Notes: generated by a model from the letters alone, not told the origin. Positions 13,870-27,079 are shown, counted from the first letter of the whole stretch. The stretch: DNA of 62,977 bases, filler included, from Octopus bimaculoides (GCF_001194135.2; 6 parts of 5 records of this genome joined end to end with filler, not necessarily neighbours in it), one strand, 5' to 3'. Translations and numbers: made by a program.

Positions 13870-14540
13870 TAGCCATAAGGGCTTGAAAAAATACAAAAAA
13901 TATGAGGGGTTATAAAAAAGAAAATGTGTAGTATAAAAGACATCTTTGCAAATAATGAACGGTGAGAGAGATTGTATACAATATAGAGGGATATATTAAG
14001 ATTTTCAAAGTACACACACTAATAACTCAGGTAATTCACTGCCTTCTACACACACACACTCTCTCTCTCTCTCTCTTCAATATCCACATAGTTACACAAC
14101 TTCTTGGAAATAGCTGCCAAACCTCCCTCAACAAATGGTAAAATAAAGCCACTTACAACATCCCCTTATCTTTTCTTTTAAATGACTTTAAGTGCCTGCT
14201 CATTGTTAATAATTTGCTGGAAGAACTTCTGAAATGAACCACCACCTATGCACCACAGATAGGAAAAAACCAAGAATTTGTCAAAATTCTAAGTATGAGC
14301 TTCCAAAAGAAAATTAACCTTGTGGGGGCACCTGTAGTTCTTTTATGGCCTTTCCCCTTTCAAGGAGATTGCCCAACACCACCTCCTTCAAGATTTCCAT
14401 ACATTGTGACTGCTGGTAATAATCCACAAAATTCCAGATATTGTATGAGTGTATCGTTTTGAATCTTGACATCAACACCAAGTTGAACCAGCAATATATT
14501 TGGTTAAATCCTTCCCTGTTTGGGTACTTCCTTCGTCTTC
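13870..14540 (-). mobile_element. Degenerate LINE 3' end, possibly L1/Tx1-like
   Basis: Broken translation ILKEVV...LKGE...VNFLLEAH..., followed by a UTR ending in ggctaataaagaaattatt plus (ATT)n on the minus strand. Confidence 0.35.
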
Positions 14541-14894
14541 AGCATTTTTAACTCTAAAATCTTTTTATTTTAAAGTTTGTTATTTTCTCTGCTCATAGTT
14601 ATTATATGTGGGTGTCAAGCTGAAGTAAAAAGTATAAAAATAAAAGTAAAGCATAATTAAATAGTCTTTTACAAGTTAAAAAAAAATAATTTTCTAAAAA
14701 ACAAACCAAATTAATAATTTGTCTTTAATTTAGCTAATCTTAATTTAATGTTTCTTTTTTGGTTCATAACATTTTACTTCTTATATGTATGGATTCATAA
14801 AGCAAATGATTTATTTTTTATTCTTTCTTATATTTTATTCTTAATAATCATTGACATAGCAATATATATTGATTTTGGCTGAGGTTGCAATTAC

Positions 14895-14952
14895 CCAACG
14901 AAAGCCAGTTGACATTGCAATTACATAGCAAATGTCATATGGTTGCACGCAC
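14895..14952 (-). CDS. Candidate internal exon of gene A (W-CVQPYDICYVIAMSTGFRW)
   Basis: cattag acceptor after a T-rich tract, TGG|gtaatt donor; 58 nt, phase 2 to 0; two retained CpGs. Confidence 0.5.
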
Positions 14953-15929
14953 CTAATGTACATATACAACAGAGAAAATAAATATTCTGGAACCAATATC
15001 AAGTAATAGTCATGAAAGATTTGATTCAAATATATCATAAATGATATTCAATTAACCTACATTCACCCAAAAAGCAACAAGCCCCTTGCGGTTCTCGAAG
15101 CACAATTATTTGAATACAAGACTAAATAAGCTAATATTATTTTCAATAACAAACACAATTGTTGATTTTAATTAATTCCTATGTATTTTCAGTAATTTTT
15201 TTTAATGAGTGAAATATCTGATTACTTAGTCCTAAGCAAGACATTATATTATATCCTGTGGGGGAGGCTCCAGCATGGCAGTTTAAGAGTTTTGAGAAGC
15301 ACAGAATTACCATTTAGTTACCATTACTCCCAGGTGCACTCTAGACATGAATTGTAGTATTTGTCAAAGGCCTCAGTTATGGTCAAATTGCAGAAGATGG
15401 TCGTGAGGCTAATGCATCCAGCTCTTATAAGAGGACTAATCCCAAGACATGATTTACAAAGGCTCACCAGTATGTAGTCATACCCCGAACCAATTATCTT
15501 GCCTAAGGGCTAAATAGGTCCTGTGCCTTCAGGGTAAGAGTGGGAGAGCAGTGGAATAACAGTGAATTGTAAATAAACAGGCAGAAGACAGTGGAAAAAC
15601 TACACCTGTATCTTCCCCAAGAAAAATCACGAATCTTCAGATTTTGTCCCATTACTGTTATTGATATCACTGTGACTTGAAATGATATGACAACAAGAAA
15701 GGAATAACTACAAGTTCTTTTTGTTATTTTTTGAATGGTATATGGAACTTGGTGTGATCCCTATCCCTGGCCTTGCCAATTCCTGTCAAGCCATCCTACC
15801 CATACCAACATGGAAAACAGAGGTTAAATGTTGATGATGATGACGATGATGATGATAAAGAGTTATGAGTTATATGATATGTAGACACATGTTACTTTAA
15901 AGTAACCTGATGCAAATCAGTTTAATTGC

Positions 15930-16120
15930 GAAAAATACTACAAGTAGTATTTAATAGTTTTAGTAGCATTTCTTCTGGGTTTTTATGTTTTAAGTTCAAA
16001 TTCCACTTTGTCTTTCATCCTTTCAGGATCAATTAAATAGATACCAGGTGAGTACTGGGGCACATATAATTGACAAGGCTCCCTTCCCGATAGCTAGCCT
16101 TGTGCCAAAATTTGAAACAA
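15930..16120 (+). mobile_element. SINE family C copy
   Basis: agttcaaattcc B-box-like segment, tctttcatcctttcagg core, agccttgtgccaaaatttgaaac end. Confidence 0.65.
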
Positions 16121-16132
16121 TTGTTTTATTCT

Positions 16133-16499
16133 TTTATTTGTTTCAGTCATTTGATTGCAGCCATGCTGGGGCACCACCTTGAAGGGTTTAAGCTGAACAA
16201 GTTGACTCCAGGGCTTATTTTTTAAAGCCTAGTACTTACTCTATTGGATCTCTTTTGCCAGACTGCTAAGTTACAGGGATATAAATGCACCAACACTGGT
16301 TGTCAAGCAGTGGAGGAGGATAAACTCAGAAACAAAGATACACACCTACAGATACATACATATACATATACAAAGGGCTTCTTTCAGTTTCCATCAACCA
16401 AATCCACTCACAAGGCTTTGGGCAGCTCGAGGCAACAACAGAAGACACTTGCCCTAGGTGTCAAGCAGTGAAGCTAAAACCATGTGGTTGGAACAACCC
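16133..16499 (-). mobile_element. SINE family A copy (tRNA-derived octopus-type SINE), CpG-decayed
   Basis: Co-linear with copies at 38915-39157, 48660-49060 and 61195-61610. Confidence 0.8.
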
Positions 16500-16754
16500 G
16501 AACACACATATTAATCTCTCATTTTACCCAGTACAATATATAAATAATCATTACACTTAGAATTTATCCAGAAAAATTAAGCTTTTTAAAAGCTCATAGC
16601 TGAAGCAACAGGGCAAATGTTTGAATTTTGCCCACTACCAATAGCACTTCATTTTGATGAGACTTCAGTTTCCTCCAAATTGTGAAAACAGTCTTAGTTG
16701 TTGATAATAATTCCATTCACTTATGGATGCTCTATTGGCATATTATATCATTAC

Positions 16755-16833
16755 CAGTGCTTGACTTGTATCCTTGTCGAACTTATGCAGACTGTTGCTG
16801 AGAGTTTATTTCCAGATAAATAAAGAATGTCAG
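16755..16833 (-). CDS. Candidate internal exon of gene A (A-DILYLSGNKLSATVCISSTRIQVKH)
   Basis: Strong acceptor cacctttgcag and donor CTG|gtaatg; 79 nt with only one open frame (phase 1 to 2), which matches the next exon. Confidence 0.55.
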
Positions 16834-16906
16834 CTGCAAAGGTGTGAAATAAATTGTGTTCCTACAAATTTGTAATACATATTGTATTCATCTTGTTATG
16901 TATTAC

Positions 16907-16925
16907 CAATGCTAGTAAGGTTCAT
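16907..16925 (-). CDS. Candidate start-codon exon segment of gene A (MNLTSI)
   Basis: ATG at 16925-16923 preceded by in-frame TAG and TGA within a putative exon 16945-16907 (gcacag acceptor); TTG|gtaata donor, phase 1, 73-nt intron to the next exon. Confidence 0.35.
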
Positions 16926-17394
16926 CAGTATATTTCACTCCTATCCTGTGCAATTTATGACAACTTGCTTGCAGCAAAGTTGTTAGCAAAGAGATCAGGT
17001 CAGTAACTTGACCAGCCACTATGCACAATAAAAGCAGTAACTCGGAAAACAACAAAAGCAATGTCTCAAGTGAGAGTAGTATGGAATAAAATCAACTGGA
17101 AATGGAATTTTCTGTAAAGTATCATTATGTTCCTAAAATTACAATAAATATAGATCTTATTACACTCATCTGTTAGAAACTCACTCTGAGCTGATGAGAA
17201 CACTGATTAGTAAGTTAAAGAGAAATTATATATAAAATAATGTACCAAACATGTAGGTAAATTGATGTTTTATTCTCTTGCCAAAGCAGTCAGGAAATGT
17301 TTTCTTGAACCCAAAGACTCATAAGGCCAGTTATTCATTTTCCATGTGTATAAGTGACTGAGATCATAACTACCTCTGAACAGAAAACCAGTCC

Positions 17395-17620
17395 ATTGTA
17401 AGGTTCAAGTCCAGCAATTCTGAGGTGAAGGGGACAAGTCAATTACATCAACACCACTGCTTGACTGGTACTTCATCATATCGACCCTGAAGGGATGAAA
17501 GCCCCGATTAACCTCAGTGAGATTTGAACTCAAAAATGTAATAAGTCAGAAGAAATGCACCGAAGTATTTTGTCCAATGTACTAACAATCTGCTAGCTCA
17601 CCAGCTTCAAGAAGTATCTT
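17395..17620 (-). mobile_element. SINE family C copy
   Basis: ctggtactt...atcgaccctgaagggatgaaag...atttgaactca, the reverse complement of the family C core and B box. Confidence 0.7.
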
Positions 17621-17744
17621 GGAGATATTAAAGATATAAACAAAAGCAAACCCATCTCCAAAGCATTGACATGGTGGGATAAGAAAAAGTGAGAGAAAAA
17701 CCAGTAGAATGGAAAATGGCTATTTTGTATGTTAGAACACTTAC

Positions 17745-18200
17745 CAAGTGTTTGAAATGAATTAATTTACCGATTGTCAATAAAAATTGAAGGAGATACT
17801 AACAATAATGTTTAGAGAGAATGCTTAAGCATATGAACTAATAACAACTCGACAAGTGATAAATTCAAGTTTCAGAAGCGATTAATGAAAATAAAAGTAA
17901 TATATTAAAAATCACACTCGTTTCCTGCAATGACTATCCACAATGGAAGTGAGAGGACAACGAAGTCAAGTTACTGAAGCTCTTTCTAAAAAAGAGGTTC
18001 ATATGTTCTGGAGGAAAATTTAAAACAAGGTCTTGAATCGAAATGTAATATTGTAGAGTCTGATTACGAACGAAATCTGTTTTGAAGACCCATTTGTTAA
18101 CAAAATTGTTCGCTACAGGAGTAATTGAAATACGTATAAATGGGGAATCTGTCCCAAGCTAAACTCAAACTCTACATAAAGGTATGAAATGATGTCTTAT
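17745..18200 (-). promoter_or_regulatory. Putative 5' UTR exon and promoter region of gene A
   Basis: Consensus donor TTG|gtaagt at 17745/17744; no ATG in the gene A frame just upstream of it; CpG dinucleotides become frequent from about 17850 onward. The transcription start is not determinable. Confidence 0.35.
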
Positions 18201-18518
18201 TTAAACTATCCATCAGTAACAAATACATAAATATAGACATGTATCTGTTTGTATTTCCTTTTGTCTTGCTTCTGTCGATTTGTGTTCATGTTTGTAACAA
18301 AAAGGAAAAAAACAAATAACACAAGACAAACAAAAACAAAAATTTGCAAGCTACATGCAATCCGTAAAAGGACATTAACAAACCATTTGTACATGCTCTC
18401 CAAGTTACTTATATGTGTGAGCATAGTCTACTCGTGGGTTTTGTCCAAATTTCTGTTTTTCGGCTGAATGTAATTTTCTTCAGAAAAATTGTTTCGAATA
18501 CAATTTGTTCATCTAGAG

Positions 18519-18642
18519 CAGTGGTTCCCAACGTGGGGTCCGTGAACTAAATTAAAAATTTCATATATATATATATATATATAAGCATATTAAGAGGTGT
18601 CCGTGTGAAAATTCATTTAAATAAAACAGTTGAGAACCAATG
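18519..18642. mobile_element. hAT (Charlie-like) MITE, 124 bp
   Basis: TIRs cagtggttcccaac / gttgagaaccaatg; perfect 8-bp target-site duplication ATCTAGAG at 18511-18518 and 18643-18650. Confidence 0.88.
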
Positions 18643-19692
18643 ATCTAGAGTATCGTTTGTGTATGTTCTTCCAGTAACCTGCTTGGGCGGTCTTTCATTT
18701 TGATTACATTTTACGTCATTTCTAATCCACGTGCGTTTGTTTATGTTTCTGAACAAGATCGTAATTCATTAATGAAGGTTTAGTTCGTTATACGACTAGA
18801 AAATTTTCGTCAGAAAACCATTAGTTGTTTAATTTGTTGAGATAACTGTTCGTTTATGGGTAACCCGTTGTAGTGTTTTAGAAAATCCAATTTGAATATT
18901 TCCCTAACATTATATGTACTATTTATGGTGATCTCTCATGAAAGGTGTTAGAGAACTACAGGGTAGAAATATATCAAATAAACTTGATCGTAGGTTATTA
19001 GTTCAAAAAAAAAGGGGCCTTTTTGTATAAACATTTAACCATCCAATACCTACGTATTTTGGGTGGAAAATTTTATATACTAAACAGACTGGTATTAGCA
19101 GAGACGAAGCTAATAGAAAACAAAAAAACTGTCACTAGCTGAGCTGGAATCTACCAGCCTCTGTTTTTTTTTTTTTTTAATTATATGTCAAAGTGTTATG
19201 TACGAACTGTATAATGTTTGGTCTGAATTTGTTTCTCTGAAAAACCACTGAGAATTGATAATATAATTATAGGCGAACAAGCAGCTGGAAAGAAATGAAT
19301 TTCAAGAGGTGTTGAGAGCAAGTACTGATCAACAAAATGATGCTATTAAAAATGTGACAGCAAAGAAGGAGTCTGGTTAGAGATTTGCTGGATTACAAAA
19401 TTGTATTTAATTCTGTTCCACCACACACAGACACTAGAAACATATGCCTTTCTGAAGTACAAGAAAAATAATTAACGTTATAAAGAAGCTGATCAAAGAA
19501 GTTAAACGTAGAAAATGATGAGGTTGTCTCAGGGAATCAGTCTTTTTATGATACTGCAGTTATATTACTTCTATACTTGGGTCCTCAAAATGTTGGCAGA
19601 GTCTTGGAGGTATCTTCATGACATATGATGGGGCCCATCCTTCTCTATATACGAACACTGCTGATTTCTTCTTTGAAATAATAATAATAATA

Positions 19693-19950
19693 ATAATAGT
19701 CCTTTCTATTATTGGCACAAGGCCTGAAATTTTGTGGGGAGGTGGAGACTAGTTGATTACATCGATCCCAGTGCTCAACTGGTACTTATTTCATCGGCTC
19801 CCCCCGAAAGGATGAAAGGCAAAGTTAACTTCGCAGAGTTTGAAATAATAATAATAATCAGCTCCATTACTGGACTAGTACTTTATTTTCCGGGCTTGAA
19901 AAGATAAAAGATAAGAAGCTGAACTCAGTGGGATCTGAACTCAAAACAAA
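19693..19950 (-). mobile_element. SINE family C copy plus an adjacent partial copy
   Basis: ttggcacaaggcc...ctggtacttatttcatcgg...gaaaggatgaaaggcaaag, preceded by (AAT)n. Confidence 0.7.
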
Positions 19951-20424
19951 GAGCTAACATCTAGAAAGGACGAGAACATATCCAAGAATGATGATTGTTG
20001 CAAAGAAAGTAGTGTGACCAAACGATATTGTATCAGAACAAACATGTGGCAACTGCGACTCACTGCGATCAATAAATCACAATGTTTGCTAATCCTGGAT
20101 GAGATTCATATTGATAAGAAAACCTTTCTGCACATCAGCAATGGAGATATTGCTCAAAACGTATCGGAACAATGCTGACATTAATAAGCAGATTAGTCTA
20201 ACGAGCCAGCGGCTGTTCATTCCTTCTCTTTTCAGTTCTTTTACGATCCAGGACTATCATTGATGTACCCCATGCACAGAATGAATAAAGTTGTGGTCAA
20301 TAGAGCCAACCAGATGTAACGTTCGCTCTTGTAGGGGATTAGTATTAATGATATGACCGACATTATTATCATCCGTCTTGAGTGGCAGCACAATACTAAC
20401 ACGCGCACAATACTAACACACCCG

Positions 20425-20460
<36 letters not shown>

Positions 20461-22505
20461 CAGTAGAACCTCGCAGAACGAATGCACCATTGTACGAGTA
20501 ATTTGCTATACGAGCCGAAGGTTGTGCGAATTTTTGTTTTGAAGTATGAGCGAGTTATCGCTAGTCAACGCTGAGCTCGCACACGCTCTTCCAACAAGCG
20601 CAGCCTCCGCTCGCTCAGTTCACGTGTTTATCTCGCTGTAACAGCATCTCTGTTGTGTTTTACCCAATAATTTCCTTTAGTTTTGTGCATATTTTGTTAG
20701 TGCTAAGGACAGTGCTGAAAAGAAGAAAAAGCTGATAGAATTGAAGGAAATCATTGATAAACTTGAGAAAGGATTGCGTGTAGTGGACATAACACGTCAA
20801 TACAACCGCAGGACTTCGACAATCTATATCATCCTAAAAAAAAAAGGGTGAGATCAAGGCCGTTACAACAGCAAAGGGTGTCTCCAGGCTCTCTAAGCAA
20901 TGCACGTCTGTGCACAAATGGATGGGAAAATTGCTTCTCCTGAATATCAACGAGAAGTAACTCGCAGAGGATATGATTACGGACCATCATCTGCAAGAAA
21001 GCATGAGCGCTGTATGGGAATCTCCTGAAGCAGAACCCTGGAACATTGACGGAGGCGACATCAGCAGACGCATTTAAGGTTAGTTGTGGCTGGTTTGATG
21101 ATTTCAAGAAGAGGACTGGTGTTCATAGCGCCGTCAGGTATGGAAAAGCAGCGAGCTCTGACAGGAAGGCAGCTGAAGATTTCGTGTGTGAATTCCGTCA
21201 GCTCATCGCAGCCGAGGGGTACATCGCACTTCAGGTATTCAACTGTGATGAAACTGGCCTTCTTTGGAAAAAATGCCCTGAAGAACCCATATAACTGTAG
21301 AGGAGAAGAAAATGCCAGGCTACAAGCCTATGAAAGATAGGTTAACTCTCGCCCTTTGTGCCAATGTGAGTGGAGACTTGAAGATCTAGCCACTCTTTGT
21401 CTACCATTCCCAAAACCCACGAACGTTCAAATCACACAAAATCCTGAAGGAGAAGCTGCGGGTCATGTGGAGGCAAACGTTAAAGCCTGGATCAACCTTG
21501 TCTCCAGACCAGCAGTGAAAAAGTATTTTCTGGAGAACAATCTTCCTCTGAAGGCCCTCCCCATCCTCAACTATGATCCTACTCACCCTTTTAACCTCGA
21601 AGATGATATCCTGGATGAATTTAAATTTATAAAAGTTAAGTTCGTTTCACTCATCCACTCCCTGTCTTGCAGCCCATGGACCAAAAGGTGATTTCTAATT
21701 TTAATAAATTGTACACCAAACACCTGTTTCGTCGGTGCTTTGAAGTTACCGAAAATACAAATCTAATCCTCCATGAGTTTTGAAAGGGGCACTACAAAAT
21801 TGTAAACTGCCTGAAAATCATCGATATGGCATGGTAGTGTAGCAGGGAATGCTATCTCTACGAGTGAAATAAAGGCAGTGTTGGTAAAATGGCAGTATGT
21901 TTTTGAATTTGTAGAAAAATATCATCCTGAAAAAGCAGCTACAAGGGATTTATTCAGTTTTGCTCACAGATTTATTATTTATGCTCAACACGGTTTATTT
22001 TCAACTACCCAAGTACGACAACTTTTACACGAAATAACTTCTAAAATACGTCAGTTTCGCTCACAAATGTTAAAAAATTTTTTTTAACTAAATAGTTTGA
22101 AATTTCGTATACTGGTGTAATTTCTCACGCTCAACATGGTATACTTTCAACATTTTTGACAAAATTTCCTATTTTAGAAGTTATTTCGTGTTAAATTTGT
22201 CGTATTTCGGTAATTTTAACCAATCAACGACGTGTAATCTCTACTAAGTGTCACCACTCTGTTCTATTTTTTTTTTTTTTTTGGTTTTCACGTAGGAGTA
22301 ACTAGTAAGCATCGAAAAATCAATACAAAGAAGGTAAGCCAGTTTACATATTTCTTTTGCATTCTCTTTTTTTTATAATTGTCATTTTACTTGCAACTAC
22401 ACCATTTCTGTTTTAAAACCCATAAAAATTATCCTTGGATGGTTTTGTGGAGCTGGAACGAATTAATTATATTTTAGTTAATTTCAATGGGGAAAATTGA
22501 TTTGT
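20461..22505 (+). mobile_element. Tigger/pogo DNA transposon fossil (TIGD1-like transposase pseudogene)
   Basis: TA followed by 5' TIR cagtagaacctcg; CENP-B-type HTH (KKKKLIELKEIIDKLEKGLRVVDITRQYNR); FKVSCGWFDDFKKRTG...QVFNCDETGLLWKK DDE_1 motif; several frameshifts; 3' TIR not found. Confidence 0.9.
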
Positions 22506-22770
22506 AAAATGAATAAAATAAAAATCGACACAAAATGCACAAAATTATGGTAGGTCACGATTGGGACGCATTTAGTCATAGGCTTTCTGGGTTAGACAGT
22601 AACTAAAGAGGGAAGCCTTCATGTGTCACTTGTCTTAGCCATCCCTCTCTCTCACATACAAAGATGGTACGACAATTAATCCGCAAGTACAGGCTACAGA
22701 TTCCTCAATGAAATTTTGCAAAATGTTCTATCAAAATTCCAACTGTAGAAGAAGAAAAAAAAAGAAAAAC

Positions 22771-23140
22771 ATGCGCAGGCATGGCTGTGTGGTTCAGAAA
22801 CTTGCTTTGAAACCATGCAATTTTGGGTTCAGTTCCGCTACGCAGTAAGCTGTATAAGCGTCTTCTACAATAGCTCCAGGTCGCCCAATGTCTTGTGAGT
22901 GAATTTGATTGACAGAAGCTGTAGAAACCTGTCGTGTATATATATATAAATATTTGTGTGTGTGTTCCTCCCCTCGATTGACAGCCAGTATTGGCTTGTC
23001 TTCGTCCTCGTAATTTAGTGGTTCTGCAAAAGAAGCGACTGAATAAATAGGAAACTTTAAAAAAACAAACAAAAAAAACAAGCACTGAGGTCGATGCCCC
23101 AGCATGGCCGTTAGTCCAATAAGTGAGACAAGTAAACGAT
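22771..23140 (+). mobile_element. SINE family A copy
   Basis: gcgcaggcatggctgtgtgg head, gggttcagttcc B-box-like segment, internal (TA)/(TG) tract, cagcatggcc...gacaagtaaa tail. Confidence 0.8.
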
Positions 23141-26100
23141 GAAAGATGCTCTTTTATACAAACATAAAAAACTATNNNNNNNNNNNNNNNNNNNNNNNNN
23201 NNNNNNNNNNNNNNNNNNNNNNNNNNNNNNNNNNNNNNNNNNNNNNNNNNNNNNNNNNNNNNNNNNNNNNATATATATATATATATACACACACACATAC
23301 AAGAGATGTGCAAGAGTAATGCTATGCAATACTTCTTTATTTGCAAGTGCCTGACTACTTGGTTGAGAGATATTGTCTACTTTCCAATAAAAGGACTTTG
23401 TTTCTTGGTTTGAGATTGGCTCCTACCTTTTCACGACAATAAAAAATTACAAATAGAAGAAAATCTCGCACGCACGCGCGACGTATGTTCATTCATCGGC
23501 AAACCTACAAATTAAAGTATTGCTAACATTCTCGCCCTTAAACACTAATATGTTTTCTCCAATGAAGACGTATTCACAAGCACAGTACGCAGAAACGTTG
23601 TTCATACAAACTTCCTTTCAAACACAGTCTCATATATATTTGCAGAGAGACACACAAGCACATAAGCTGCCATATATCACAACGTTTAGAAGAAAAATCA
23701 GAGATGCATACATATAAAAAAAAATTTTCTTAAGCATACTCAAACCCAAATCACGAAAAACAGTCCAACACAATATTAGAATTCCATTGACAAACATTCT
23801 CTCTCTCTTTTTCTCTCTCTCGCACACACAATCACGCACGCACAATCTTAGTCACTCATCCAGACACCGAACGTACACATCTTTATTTATATATTATCTC
23901 AAACGTATAAAATGTATAGACACACACATTTGCAAATCACAATAATATTCAAAACCCTCTACACCCATCTTATATAGTACAAAGCACCATCGCAAACCCT
24001 TGCATGTTCTTGCATACTCGAGTACACACATGCCCACAAACTTATGATAAATATAAATTGTTAGAAAAAAACACACACACACATAAACTAAATAAATATA
24101 TATCCAGATACATAAGTAGATATAAAATAATAAACATACATAGTAGACAAAAGCTTTCGTACACATTTCATACATGTAGCATGTATATACATACATACAC
24201 ACACGCACTAACATATTTATGCATAAATATATATACGAACACACATACATATATACATTTATTTGTGTTTATATATATATATATATATATGTATAGAGAG
24301 AAGGGGGGGGGGTAAATATATAGATAGACGTATGTGTTTGTGTCCATACACTATACATACATATTTAAATACACACGCACACACGTGCGTGTAGAAAGTC
24401 TTAGTCACGATGTTCAAACATTATAGATTAAGGATAGCATTTTTTGTATTGTTGTTAAGAAACCTATTCCATGAAAGGTGATAAAAATAAATTACTTTAA
24501 GAAACTCTAGCTTTCCCGAATTATCTATTTTAAGCTATAAATTATTAATTTTTCTCTTGTTATTTATGTTTATTTAGTTTTCCTCTCTCTCTCCTACACT
24601 TCTCTCTTATACAAACAAAAGAGAAAGCTTAAATATGGTTGATGGACCTGGTAGAAATAGCAACCAAATTTCCAGTCACATAATAATCTCAGCATATTAC
24701 TAATAGAAGGACAAACTATGTTGTGGGTCTTATACACCATGCTTTAAAAAAAATGTTAGAGAGAGAGGTGGTCACAGCTAGAATATTCTTGATTATACAG
24801 ATCTGCTCAATCTGAGCTGGACTGGGGCTAAACGACTACTACTTGGAAGTTCCTATGTGGTTGTCCGCCCAAGCAGAAATAGTAGCTAAGTTTCCTCTTA
24901 CTCTCTTAAAGTGAAGTACACATTGGATAGTGTAATCCAGGATAAACTCCACCAGCAATATATAAATAAAGATGTGTTGTTCGTAGCTAGAATGGCTGTA
25001 TTTCGCTCCAGGTCAGATTAGACCTGGAGCGAAAGGGTTTTCTTTACGTAGTGAAGGGTGTACTCATAGTCGTATCGATTGAATATCGAGTATAGTAAAC
25101 CGCAGAGTCAAAATAAATATTACATTATACAATATTTATTACCAGCGTATCATTACAGTGTGTGTTATGATTATTCGTACAAACACGAGTAAAATATGTT
25201 TTGCTTCGCTGTGATATTAAGCCCTCTAAGACCTGCGATCTTTATATCTCATCAAAGTTCACGTGTTTCTTACTCCCAGAATGTCGAGATTAGGCAGAGG
25301 CTACTAATTAAAATGTAAACAAATTTGTAAAACCAGTCCAACCGATCGGTCCTTATGGAACTGCCCAAAAGACCTTCGGAAGGATTTAATTTTGCAGTGA
25401 GATACGTTCAGATATAATTCCTTATATTTTTACCTATACAACATTTAGTTTCGTCATTCTATATACGGATTTCAAATTTTGGCTATTTCAGCAAACAAAT
25501 CTCATGCAAATTTATAAGGTAGAAAGTTTATGAAAAGGACACAACATAGCCTTATGTAGTCCAGGATACATTTTTTTCCTGAAAAGAAAAGGAGCGAGTC
25601 ATATTTGCGAATGAAAAAAACTAGATCCTAGAGCTGCTCAAAGTCGGCTTCGGCCAAACAGCATAAACATAGGTTTACGAGTTAACGCAACCGCTTGACT
25701 TACTGGAAATTTTAGCCTAATCTAACCCAAATCACAAACTAAGAGTTTTTCGTGGTGTTTAGCCCACCCCTACACTTGTAGCCAGATTGGCCGTTCCCCT
25801 CCTTAAAAATAGCATATCTTCGATTGCTACCCTGTGCAGTTTGTCTCACTCGTCACTACCCTCATATTATCCCACAACTTTAATTCCATTAATGTTCACA
25901 ACCTTTTGAGTGACCTGTGCCTCCCAATTCGCTCAAAGGTCTACCAAAATTTTTTTATATGAATATTAAATTCTAATGCTTTATTTATGCGTTCTGAAAG
26001 GGTTAAAAGGAAGAGTTGGCCTTGGTGAGATTTGAACTCATAACGTTAACAACTGTAAGGCAATGTTCCGGTATAAGTACATGACGTAGTCATGAGTGTG

Positions 26101-26768
26101 ATTGACAGTGTCACACTCATTTCGTCATAGACTTCTAATGAAAGATAGCCCGACCGTAGCTATACTGCTGGCAGTCTATCCGACGCTCAAACGATTGCGC
26201 AAATCTACCACCAGTCTTAAAGATGAAAAATTAAAATAAAATAAAAGAAGGTAAAGGAGCAATGAAAAGGAAAAAAAAGAAGAAAAGAAATGAAGTTCCT
26301 ATGAGATAAGATGATTCTATATAAACCATTTAGATAAAAATAATAAAATAAAGAAATGATAGTCAAAGCTGAAATGCCGTTTGATCATAGCTCTATTTGA
26401 TAAGAGCTGAACTGAGATTAAATAAGAACATAGGTATCGGGCTGGTATCTGATTTCGATTCAATCGAGTCCTATTCTTTAAAAGAAAAGTAAATAAATAT
26501 GGAATTTTAACTCGAAGCCAAAAATTGTTTCGGCTGTATTTGAACTCACAATGACAGAGAACAAAGTATCTTAACGCTCACCCACAAAAAAAAAATAAAT
26601 AAATAAAAATTATGAATATTTAAAAAAATAAACTACTAAATTAAAGCAGTAAAACCATAATTTCAAGAATGACATGGAATATTGTTATGGATAAGTTGCC
26701 TCCCTTGCACGAAGTAGCTTTATATTTTTCTTACAGGATTCAGTTATTTTTGCCTTTAGTAATATGAC

Positions 26769-27079
26769 GGCGTGTAGCCAAGTGGTTAGCGTATTCAGCT
26801 CACGATCGTAAATTCACGAGTTCGATAGTTGGCGGTGTCCTTGAGTCAGCCACTGTATTTTACGTTGGTCCAGTCAACTCAACGGGCGAGAATGAGTTGT
26901 GCATGTATTGCAAAAGGCCAGCTTTGTCACATTCTGTGTTACGCTAATTCTCCCCGAGAACTACGTTAAGGGTACACTTGTCTGTGGAGTGTTCAGCCAC
27001 TTGCTCGTTAATTTCACGAGCAGGATGCTACGTAGATCGGATCAACTGGGGCCCTCGTTGTCGTAAGCGACTCAGTACC
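26769..27079 (+). mobile_element. SINE family B copy (tRNA-like head, gagaactacgttaagggtacac core)
   Basis: A box tagccaagtgg, B box gagttcgata; core shared with 38423, 44183 and 52041. Confidence 0.8.

Noticed and set aside
21046-21691. Domesticated TIGD/CENP-B gene
   Set aside because: Multiple frameshifts and stops plus a retained TIR indicate a transposon fossil.
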